Shown: in pieces, positions 53,931 to 64,000 of the stretch
Numbering within the stretch: position 1 is the first letter of the stretch
How the letters are laid out: each line of letters opens with the position of its first letter
Source of the DNA: Eledone cirrhosa
Lineage: Eukaryota
Assembly (NCBI GenBank): GCA_964016885.1
Contig: OZ024763.1
Location: 11,966,001-12,030,000 of the forward strand
DNA length: 64,000 nt
Direction: 5' to 3'
The notes under the pieces: model-generated
What the model was told of the DNA's origin: nothing
The model's input: only the letters and a program-made list of their open reading frames with translations
Database searches by the model: none
Program-made: the position numbers and the translations under genes

Positions 53931-54377
53931 AATGATATTTAATAAATGGAAGCTATCTTCATAAAACCATATTTATTCTATTATATATATTTCAAGGGTA
54001 CCAAAGCTTTGGTACGCTCTCATCAGATAAAATACAAAGTTTGTTTTATAAATGTTGACATAACCAAGAAAAGATACCTTCACGGTGGTTCAAGTTTTTC
54101 TTGGATAGTCATCAAGAAAAACTTGAACCGTGAAGGTATCTTTTCTTGGTTATGTCAACATTTATAAAACAAACTTTGTATTTTATCTGATGAGAGCGTA
54201 CCAAAGCTTTGGTACCCTTGAAATATATATAATAGAATAAATATGGTTTTATGAAGATAGCTTCCATTTATTTAATATCATTGAATATTATACTCCAGAA
54301 AAGCTGTCGAGTGCTCTGAATCAGTTATAAACATTTATATTTGTTGAATTACCAACAAATTGAATATCCTTTTTGCT
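53931..54377 (+). mobile_element. PLE family C asymmetric palindrome (arms about 170 bp plus about 95-nt tail)
   Basis: 53931-54103 is inverted to 54113-54282; tail to 54377, then (TA)n. Confidence 0.85.
54179..54239 (+). ncRNA. Type I hammerhead ribozyme (family C variant)
   Basis: Stem I UAUUUUAU/AUAGAAUA; CUGAUGA; stem II containing GUACCAAAGCUUUGGUAC; GAAA; palindromic AUAUAUAU stem III. Confidence 0.72.
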
Positions 54378-54665
54378 TATATATATATATATATCAGGAT
54401 GGAATCAGTTTGAAACTGGTTAGACCATTACTCAACAGAGTACTCAATACTTGGGGTAGTAGAGTATGGTTATATTATAAAGAGCTTTTATTGTATGTGC
54501 ATAGAGTGAGCGTCTCTAACGGCTCAGCTTATACTATTTCCCTGTGTCTAAGCTTAGTCATCAGGCAAACCATTCTTATAACATTATCTACACTTCACCT
54601 TCCTTAGACGACTTAGTTGAAAACTCGTGTGTACTAGAAACAGCTCATATATCTATGTATATATT

Positions 54666-55430
54666 CTTATCTGACCTGTAGTCTTGTGGACCGTTGGGGT
54701 GACACAGATGACCTGCTAACCAGCTCCTTCCATTCCTCTCGCCTCTCCGCCTTCCTTATGGTTGCACCCAGCCTCATGCCTGTCTATTCCGGGATGTTGT
54801 CCTCCCATCTCTGCCTCTCTTCCTTCTTCCTTGTGTTGTTCCCTGCAGAACAGTCTTGGCAAGCCCTGAAGATCTTGTCACAACATGGGGCAGTCTTGGC
54901 AAGCCCTGAAGATCTTATCACAACATGGGGCAGTCTTGGCAAGACCTGAAGATCTTGTCACAACATGGGGCAGTCTTGGCAAGCCCTGAAGATCTTGTCA
55001 CAACATGGGGCAGTCTTGGGAAGCCCTAAAGATCTTGTCACAACATGGGGCAGTCTTGGCAAGCCCTGAAGATCTTGTCACAACATGGGGCAGTCTTGGC
55101 AAGCCCTGAAGATCTTGTCACAACATGGGGCAGTCTTGGCAAGCCCTGAAGATCTTATCACAACATGGGGCAGTCTTGGCAAGCCCTGAAGATCTTGTCA
55201 CAACATGGGGCAGTCTTGGCAAGCCCTGAAGATCTTGTCACAACATGGGGCAGTCTTGGCAAGCCCTGAAGATCTTGTCACAACATGGGGCAGTCTTGGC
55301 AAGCCCTGAAGATCTTGTCACAACATGGGGCAGTCTTGGCAAGCCCTGAAGATCTTGTCACAACATGCCTATACCATCTCAATTTGAGTTTTTTTTTCAA
55401 TGTCTTCATAGGGCCTGAAGGCATACCAAA
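54666..55430 (-). mobile_element. RTE/BovB-like LINE 3' end with an internal 40-bp segment amplified about 13 times (54851-55367)
   Basis: Minus strand translates to WYRHV.TRSSGLAKTVLQG...RWEDNIPE*TG...AERREEWKELV; unit cagtcttggcaagccctgaagatcttgtcacaacatgggg. Confidence 0.75.
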
Positions 55431-56129
55431 TTATGTGTGTGTTTTTATATATGTTTATGTATGTTATATGTCTATCTCCCATGCTGGTAAGAGTTAATCC
55501 CAGTTGTCGTGTTCTGAGGTTGCATATATCATGTGATCTTGTCTTGACTTGACTTCGTTTCTGAGGTTGTATATATCATGTGATCTTGTTGTGAGGTTGC
55601 ATATATCATGTGATCTTCTGAGGTTGCATATATCATGTGATCTTGTCTTGACTTCGTTTCTATAGCTAGCTACCCTTGATACCTCTAACCACAGTGTGTA
55701 CTGTGAGCATTTATTTTATCATGGTACCAACACCGCCACTCTACAGGATGTTTTTATCATGGCACTAACACTAGATAATATATAAGAGATATATAGTAGT
55801 GAATTATAAGGCACAAATATACACTTTCATCTCTTTCTATGTATTATGTAATTGCCTTTATATGTGTTTCAATGGTATGTGTTATACAATCGTTAGTTAT
55901 GATCTCTTCAGAGAGTTCTCACCGGTATAGTCCATATATCATCATCATCATACGTCCATTCTTCCATGCTAGCATGGGTTAGACGAGTTGTCCTCTTGTA
56001 GGCAATGCTAGAGAAAACATTTTTTTGTAGTTAGCAGTGGTAGTAGCTCCCTGAACTTCTTCCTTCCTGTCTCTGCTGCTAATTCGATCACCCAGGTAGC
56101 AGAAGCTGTCTACTGTTTCTACCATATAT

Positions 56130-56175
<46 letters not shown>

Positions 56176-56388
56176 CCAAAAGTTAAGCAAGGTTCATTGA
56201 TTAATAAATGAATATAGTTTTACAATAGATTAGAAGCACTCAACAGTAGGAAGTTTTCCGGAGTTATTAATATTAATAAATAGATCAAAATAAAATATAT
56301 TTTGTTTATATTTTGATATTTTGATTACATTGAATGTCTATATTTATTATTATTTGAATTAATATATATATATATATTCTTTCTTCTC

Positions 56389-56447
<59 letters not shown>

Positions 56448-56522
56448 GTGGTTTTTAGAACCTTTGTTTTTTTCCATTATCTTTGTCTTGTGCACTCCCA
56501 TTTTTTTTATTTACACACTTAT

Positions 56523-56850
56523 GGAGGCACATGGCTTAGTGGTTAGAGCATTGGGCTTGCAATCGAAAGGTTGTGAGTTCAATTCTCAGACCGGGTGATG
56601 TGTTGTTTCCTTGAGCAAGACACTTTATTTCACATTGCTCCAGTTTACTCAGCTGTAGAAATGAGATGATAGGGACTTAGGTCCCTATCGTGGAGGTGCC
56701 ACGGCAAAAAAGCACCCAGCACCCACTGTAAATGAGGTTGGTGTTAGGAAGGGCATCCAGCTGTAGAAATTAAGCCAGAATCAGTTCCCGTCCCACTCTT
56801 GCAAGCAGGGAAAAGCAGACGTAAAATGATGATGATGATGATGATGATGA
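56523..56850 (+). mobile_element. tRNA-derived SINE with RTE-type tail
   Basis: Full head-core-tail structure ending in (tga)n. Confidence 0.85.
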
Positions 56851-56897
56851 CACATGAAATAAAAAAAAAGGGGGTCCACCTAAGAACCTTTGAGAAA

Positions 56898-57223
56898 TAC
56901 AGTGTACCCTCGGCATTCACGGTCCTGGTTATTCGTGGAAACTACCGCATATTTGTGGAATCATAAATATCTTCCACAATTTTTTTGTTTTTTCCCCTGG
57001 CAATATATCTATTTTTGAACACCAAATTACCAAGAACAATATACCGTATTGGCCAGCCCATTGGACGCCTCTTCATATAAGACGCTTCCTCTTTATTTTT
57101 ATTATATTTTATGTTATGTTTTGACGTTTACAGGTATTTTTATGGACCACGTCCAATATTTGCAGATTTTCATCCTCTGCGGCTGCTCTAGGAACATAAA
57201 CTCTACGGGGGGGACAACTGTAT
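56898..57223. mobile_element. pogo/Tigger-like MITE remnant
   Basis: Ends TAcagtgtaccctcg ... cgggggggacaactgTA. Confidence 0.5.
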
Positions 57224-57604
57224 TTGAAATAATTGTTTCTACTTTAGGCACAAGGCCAGCAATTACCCAGTGCATTACTGGTACTTTATTTTATCGACCC
57301 CGTAAGGATGAAAGGCAAAGTCAACAGTTGAGAGGACCAAACTATTATTATGGTCCTTTACATTGCAACATACACATTTTAAATTTCGAAATAAAAAATA
57401 AATTCTTCCTCATCGTTGAGAAGAAAGTAATGTAATGAGAAGTTATTTCTAATTAGTGTAAGACTAAGATTTAATGAGTTTAACGAACATTTTTTTAAAG
57501 GAAGTTTTATTTTTATATTTATTTTCCTCGTATTTCTGTGTCATACCTGTTGCTCTGTTGCACAGAAAACACTCAACACTCAACACTCTCATGGAAAATT
57601 GCTA

Positions 57605-57662
57605 CCCCCCCCTCTCTTTTTCTCTTCTTCGTCTCTCTTCTTTCTTTCTCTTCTTTCTTTCT

Positions 57663-57714
<52 letters not shown>

Positions 57715-58091
57715 CTTTCTTTCTTCTTTCTTTCTTGTCTCTCTTTCTCTCTTTCTTGTCTCTCTCTCTCTTTCTCTCTTTCTTCTTTCTTGTCTCTCTT
57801 CTTTCTTTCTTGTCTCTCTCTCTCTCTTTCTTGTCTCTCTCTCTCTTTCTCTCTTCTTTCTTTCTCTTTCTCTCTTCTTTCTTTCTTGTCTCTCTCTCTC
57901 TCTTTCTTGTCTCTCTCTCTTTCTCTCTTTCTTGTCTCTCTCTCTTTCTCTCTTTCTTCTTTCTTTCTTGTCTCTCTCTCTCTCTCTTTCTCTCTTTCTT
58001 CTTTCTTTCTTGTCTCTCTCTCTTTCTCTCTTTCTTCTTTCTTTCTTGTCTCTTTCTCTCCTCTCTCTCTCTCTTTCTTCTTTCTTTCTTG

Positions 58092-58124
<33 letters not shown>

Positions 58125-58407
58125 GTCTTCTTTCTTGTCTCTTTCTCTCTTTGTCTCTCTCTCTCTTTCTCCTTTCTTTCTTGTCTCTCTCTCTCTTTCT
58201 CCTTTGTCACTCTCTCTCTCTCCCTTCCTCTTTTTTCATTCTTTCTCTCCCTCTCTCTTTTTCTCTTTCCCTCTCATCCTTTTTCCTTTCTATCTCTTCT
58301 TTCTCACTTGACATTCTTTTTTCCTTCCTTTCTTTTTCCCTTTCTTTCCTTTTTTCTTTCTTTCCCTTTCTCTTTCCTTCTTTCAATTTCTTTTACTCTC
58401 TCTCCCG

Positions 58408-58478
<71 letters not shown>

Positions 58479-58675
58479 GCTCTCTCTCGCTCTCTCTCTC
58501 TCCCGCTCTCTCTCGCTCTCTCTCTCTCTCTTCCTTTAATTCTTCCCTTTCTATTATCTTTCTCCCTCTTACCACCTATCATGCCCCTCCCTCCTCTCTC
58601 TCTTCCTTTCAATTATATTGCCCCCCCCCCCACTATCTTTCTCTTTTCTTTCTTATTTCCTTTTCTTTCTCTCAG
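57605..58675. repeat. Polypyrimidine (CT/CTTT) tract
   Basis: Direct inspection. Confidence 0.9.
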
Positions 58676-58864
58676 CTAAACTGAAACAAGATTTCATTCT
58701 AACAAATAATTTTCTAACTCTTTTCAACTCGTGTGTATGTGTATATATATTATATATGTGTGTGTAGTGTATATATATGTGTGTGTGTTGTGTATATATA
58801 TATGTATATATATGTGTGTGTGTTGTGTATATATATATATATGTGTGTGTGTGTTGTGTATATA

Positions 58865-58907
<43 letters not shown>

Positions 58908-58994
58908 ATGTTTTTCTCTATTATACAATACAAAAACATTTTACAAATATAGATTGTGTGAACATTTTTAATTTTGTTATGCAACAGAGGAAAA

Positions 58995-59415
58995 CACAGC
59001 AACAAACACAAGACAACAACAACAACAACACAGCCAATACAGGAACAACAACAACAACACAGCCAATACAGGAACAACAACAACAACACAGCCAATACAG
59101 GAACAACAACAACACACCCAATACAGGAACAACAACAACACACCCAATACAGGAACAACAACAACAGCAACAACACACCCAATACAGGAACAACAACAAC
59201 AGCAACAACAACAACAGCAACAACACACCCAATACAACAACAACAACAACAACACACCCAATACAGGAACAACAACATACCCAATACAGGAACAACAACA
59301 CACCCAATACAACAACAACAATAACAACACACCCAATACAGGAACAACAACAACACACCCAATACAACAACAACAACAATAACAACACACCCAATACAGG
59401 AACAACAACAACCAC
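58995..59415. repeat. (CAA)n-containing minisatellite (acacccaatacaggaacaacaac)
   Basis: Direct inspection. Confidence 0.85.
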
Positions 59416-59687
59416 GAAAGTACACTGACATCTGCAACACACACACACACTGGCAGTCACACACACACACTGACACAGACTTTGACGAGACACAGCATTG
59501 TCACACACTCACACATGGACTGACATTGACATTCAGTCATACACTGAAACACACACACAAACACACACACACACACTGATACAGTCATACACACACTGGC
59601 AGTCACACACATACACTGGCAGTCACACACACACACTGACACGGTCAGACACACACTGACACAGTCACACACACAGTCACACAGACA

Positions 59688-59755
<68 letters not shown>

Positions 59756-60260
59756 ATCATTAATTCTCCCTCCTTTTTTTTAAAAACTATTTCTTTAGAA
59801 GAATCTTTTGCAGATTCATGAAAATTTAATCTTTTAAATTCTCTTTTAAATTTACAGTTGGTGGCGGTGGTGGTATTGGTTGTGATGGTAGTGATGGTTG
59901 TGGTGGTGGTGTTGGTAGTTGTGGTGGTGGTGGTGGTGTTGGTAGTGGTGGTTGTGGTGGTGGTGGTGTTGGTTGTGATGGTAGTGATAGTTGTGGGGGT
60001 GCCGGTAGTGATGGTGGTTGTGGTGGTGGTGGTGGTGTTGGTTGTGATGGTAGTGATAGTTGTGGGGGTGCCGGTAGTGATGGTGGTGGTGTTGGTAGTG
60101 GTGGTGTTGGTAGTGGTGGTGTTGGTAGTGGTGGTTGTGGTGGTGGTGTTGGTGGTTGTTCTCACAGTTATTGTTATCACAACTACCACCATCACCACCA
60201 CCAATGCCAACATCACCATATATATATAGAAGTGGTTACACAACAGTTAGTTCACCATAC

Positions 60261-60298
60261 CGAGAACAATTGTTTCACCTTAGCGGATCCTCAGCTCG
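60261..60298 (-). ncRNA. Minimal type I hammerhead ribozyme
   Basis: Minus strand CGAG-CUGAGGA-UCC-GCUAA-GGU-GAA-ACAAUUGU-U-CUCG: stem I CGAG/CUCG and palindromic stem III. Confidence 0.75.
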
Positions 60299-60466
60299 TA
60301 ATGGACATGGTTATAGGGAACAGGAAGGACAACCGTGCAAACGCGCATGCGCAGAAATGATCACTTCATACAAGCAATACTAAATTACGTGCGAGAGGTG
60401 TAAGGGAGATAACGCTGAAAGTCCGAAAGTTTCTAGTTGATAAGAAAATTAGGATGCTGTTGTAAT

Positions 60467-62089
60467 TCAATCCGGAGCTTTGTAGTTATGTAAGAGGTGT
60501 TTCCCGACAGGTGGACAACGTGTGAAGAATTCATTTCTCGAGTTTAGGCAATCGCTATTGCGTAATCTCTTTAGAATATTTATTCGTTCATCAATGCATA
60601 GTCCACACGACTTAGTGATGGCTTTCCATTGAATGGAGTAGTCTATACTTGAGTCCTTGAGGGACCATACGTGGCTCGCGAGTTTCGTGGATGAATGTCT
60701 GTCCGGGTACCTAAAGGTCGACTGGTGGTTCAGGAAGCGTACCTTAAATCGGCCCTCCGCCATACCCACATAAGATTTGACCTCCTGTGGTTGATATGGT
60801 CGGTTGGAAGTGACCAGAGCTTCATAAACTACAGCGGGTGTGTTGCATTGCTGTTGAAGGGGACAAGCTTCGGGCTTACGGCAAGAGCACCCTGGAGGGG
60901 TGTTGCTCTTAGGGCTGTTGGTGATGTGACCCTTCATGTTCTTAGCGCAGGAGTATCATAGTTTTACTTTTGTGTCGGTTAAAAATGGAGCGGTATTTAT
61001 GACCTATGGGAAAGTGTTTTTTTTTTTTGCCTACATTGGTTTTAACGTTGGGAGGAGAGAACCAGATAGTTTTTCTATTGTTACACTTTCTTTTCTTATT
61101 GCTGTTGTTGTTAGTGGGAGAGTAAGTGATAGGTTGCGAGAAGCCGCCGTTAGCTAACGCCGTGTTATAGTAGGGTACCGCTCTGTCAAAGATAGCCTTA
61201 TTAGAGGAGAGGTTTGAGATTCTAGTACTGATGTTCTTTACGAAGTTTCTAAGAACAGTGGGAGAGTGGCATGAGTCCTTGTGAATGTAATTGAGTTTTT
61301 CGTTAAGCTTATGAAGTCGCATACGTCAGCACTGTCAAACGATCCCATGGAGACGTCGAATAGGTCTGAAGTTGTTGGCTTCTTTGCCCAGGCTACTCCG
61401 TTGTTGAAGAGGAGGGTTTTCCAGCAGTGAGCGATGATTTCCCTGTCTAAACCATGGACGGTAGTGTAAGTGGTGGCAAAGTCCAACGCTTTGTTTAACA
61501 GGGTCTCTGAGATCGACGGGTAAAAATCAACAATGTCAAACTGTGTGAACTTCGCTTTTTGGGATTTGAAGGAGTTAAACCAGTTAATTAGGGAGTCGCT
61601 GTTCTCCCACTGGGGTAGGTTGGACTTGGGCCTAAGGGTCTTAACTATGTTTCTAAGTATGGCCTTACTGACTAGTCCCATATCTGTGCGTGCCGGGTTT
61701 ATTAGTCTACACGTGGGGTTAGCAGTAAAGTCTACCTTGTGATCTTTCAGGGTGAGGAACGCCTCCCGCTTAGCTAGAGATTGTAGCTTCTTATCTACCT
61801 TAAGGTCGGCGGAAAGTTCCTTGGCTTCTGTATTAATGTCGCGGTAGGCCACAGGGTTAGCTTTCTTATATCTGGAAGTAATAGCGTTATGGGCCAGGTG
61901 GCGGAAAGTGGTGGTGTCGACCTCGTAAATATTATTAGTTTTGTCGGAAAGAACGAAGGTGTTATTAGAAGACCTAAATATCTTAATATCATTTGTAAGT
62001 TTAGTTTGAAAGGTGTTAGTCGCTAACATTTCCTTTCGCAAACACCCTAAGTCAAGAAGGTCCGCCTCAAAAGGAGCAAGTTCAGTTAC
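60467..62089 (-). pseudogene. PLE RT / GIY-YIG pseudogene (frameshifts; about 80 aa deletion removing YRDD)
   Basis: ELAPFEADL, SDKTNNIY, TLKDHK, CRLINPA, FTQFDIVDFYPSI, FDVSMGSFDSADV, [deletion], NYIHKDSCH, WFSPP, CSCRKPEACPLQQQC, VVYEA...SYVGMAEGRFKVRFLNH, CGLCIDE, LNSRNE. Confidence 0.88.
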
Positions 62090-62149
62090 CTAACTCGTCC
62101 CATGGACTGAGAGCTCTACCACTACGGATATTACCTTCCAGTGTTCTAC

Positions 62150-62220
<71 letters not shown>

Positions 62221-62224
<4 letters not shown>

Positions 62225-62394
62225 GAAGGAAGTGTGGTAAGGAACCAGGTGGACCATAACGCACCAGAGTACTCAATACATAGGGTAGTAGAGTGGGTAA
62301 TAGGAAAATGTTTATCCCCGACAGCAGAGCTCAAGTCCAGAAATAGCCGTCGAAACGGCTTGAGCTCTGCCGTCGGTGTTAAACATTTTCCTAT
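62221..62394 (+). mobile_element. PLE family A short inverted insertion in (TA)n
   Basis: Inverted tail plus agtccagaaatagccgtcgaaacggcttgagctc...ttttcct. Confidence 0.85.
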
Positions 62395-62448
62395 TTATAC
62401 ATATATATATATATATATATATATAAAAGTGCGCGCGCGGATATGTTT

Positions 62449-62609
<161 letters not shown>

Positions 62610-63050
62610 ATTTCTCTCACACATTTTTCTTCCCCCTCTATCTACCCCCACCCCACCATATCTCTTAAGTCATGTAGCATGCTGTGTAATGTCAGATTTA
62701 ACACTGCTCCTAAGAAGGCTTGCTGTAGTTTTTCCTTTTTTAACGAATTTTCTCTCCACCTCCCTCTCTCTTTATGTATGTATATATATATGTATATATA
62801 TATATATATATACATACACACACACACACGTGTACTCACTTATATGAATATATAGTTTGTGTGTATATATATGATTACAAACACACGCATATATATATAT
62901 ATATATGTGTGTGCATCTGTGTGTGAATATATATATGCACACACACATCCATTCATACATGTATATATGTGTGCGCATGTGTATGCAACCACGCAGCACG
63001 CCATGTTTTCATATATTTATATATATATATATATGTGTATATATATATTT

Positions 63051-63344
<294 letters not shown>

Positions 63345-63359
63345 ATATATATATATATA

Positions 63360-63580
63360 TCATCATCATCATCATCGTTTAACGTCCCTGTTCCACGCTT
63401 GCATTGGTTTGGACGGGGGTTTTCCCACTTGAGGCAAGAGTGGTTGTCTTGCTCGCATAGGACTGTCTGGCGGGTTTTCTACAGCTGGATGCCCTTCCTA
63501 ACACCAACCACATTTACAGTGTGGGGCTGGGAGGTTTTTACCGTGTTGCCTACACGGCCACATTACAGCGTGGACTGTAT
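63360..63580 (-). mobile_element. 5'-truncated RTE 3' UTR copy
   Basis: Reverse complement of 41900-42105; similar short copies at 1177, 17760, 22150 and 28868. Confidence 0.75.
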
Positions 63581-64000
63581 GTATATATATATATATATAT
63601 ATACAATATATACATACACACATATATACGTGTGTGTGTGTGTGTGTTCATTTGTGTGATAAAATTAATTGTTAGTTCTTAATTAAATCGAATAGATGAC
63701 TTTGGTATAGCACCTCCTGTGATTCTCTATTACAAGTTGCTAATTCTATTGCATATACACACATGTGTATATACATCTCTCTATATATATGTATAGCATT
63801 ATATATGCATGTGTATATGTATGTATATCTGTGTGTATGTGCTTATGTATCTGTGTTTGTATCTCTCTATATGTGTATATATATGTGTGTGTGTGTCTGT
63901 GTATACACCTATATGTTTGTATATCTGTATGTAACTCTATATATATGTATATATATATATCTATATCTATATGGTTGTATGTGTGTATATATTTCTATAT

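Larger units (their letters stand above)
60229..62152 (-). mobile_element. Degenerate, 5'-truncated Naiad-type Penelope-like element in (TA)n
   Basis: Coding remnants homologous to the 13-kb element; 3' hammerhead; putative inverted tail at 62090-62152; TA repeats on both sides. Confidence 0.88.

Noticed and set aside
56523-56595. Functional tRNA gene
   Set aside because: The tRNA-like head has no proper acceptor stem and is fused to a SINE core and tail in many copies.

Overview
Repeat-saturated, AT-rich eukaryotic DNA. The SINE, RTE-tail and microsatellite content resembles an octopus/cephalopod genome (inference). No host protein-coding gene could be supported; almost all ORFs in the track are translations of microsatellites or minisatellites. 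The real coding content is retroelements: a nearly intact Penelope-like element (PLE, Naiad-type: RT, CxC-CP-C linker, GIY-YIG) at 13071-16572 (+), a degenerate second Naiad-type PLE at 60229-62152 (-), several RTE LINE fragments and a CRE-like fragment. Both PLEs sit in (TA)n and carry 3' hammerhead ribozymes. Many short asymmetric palindromes from at least three PLE pLTR families also occupy (TA)n tracts. The most interesting signal is that the otherwise dissimilar 3' 'tails' of four PLE families all fold into the same ACUC-stem-loop-stem-pyrimidine bulge-GAG(U) hairpin, with compensatory changes, which is a candidate cis-acting RNA element. The window also shows several MITE, SINE and LINE segments expanded into tandem arrays.
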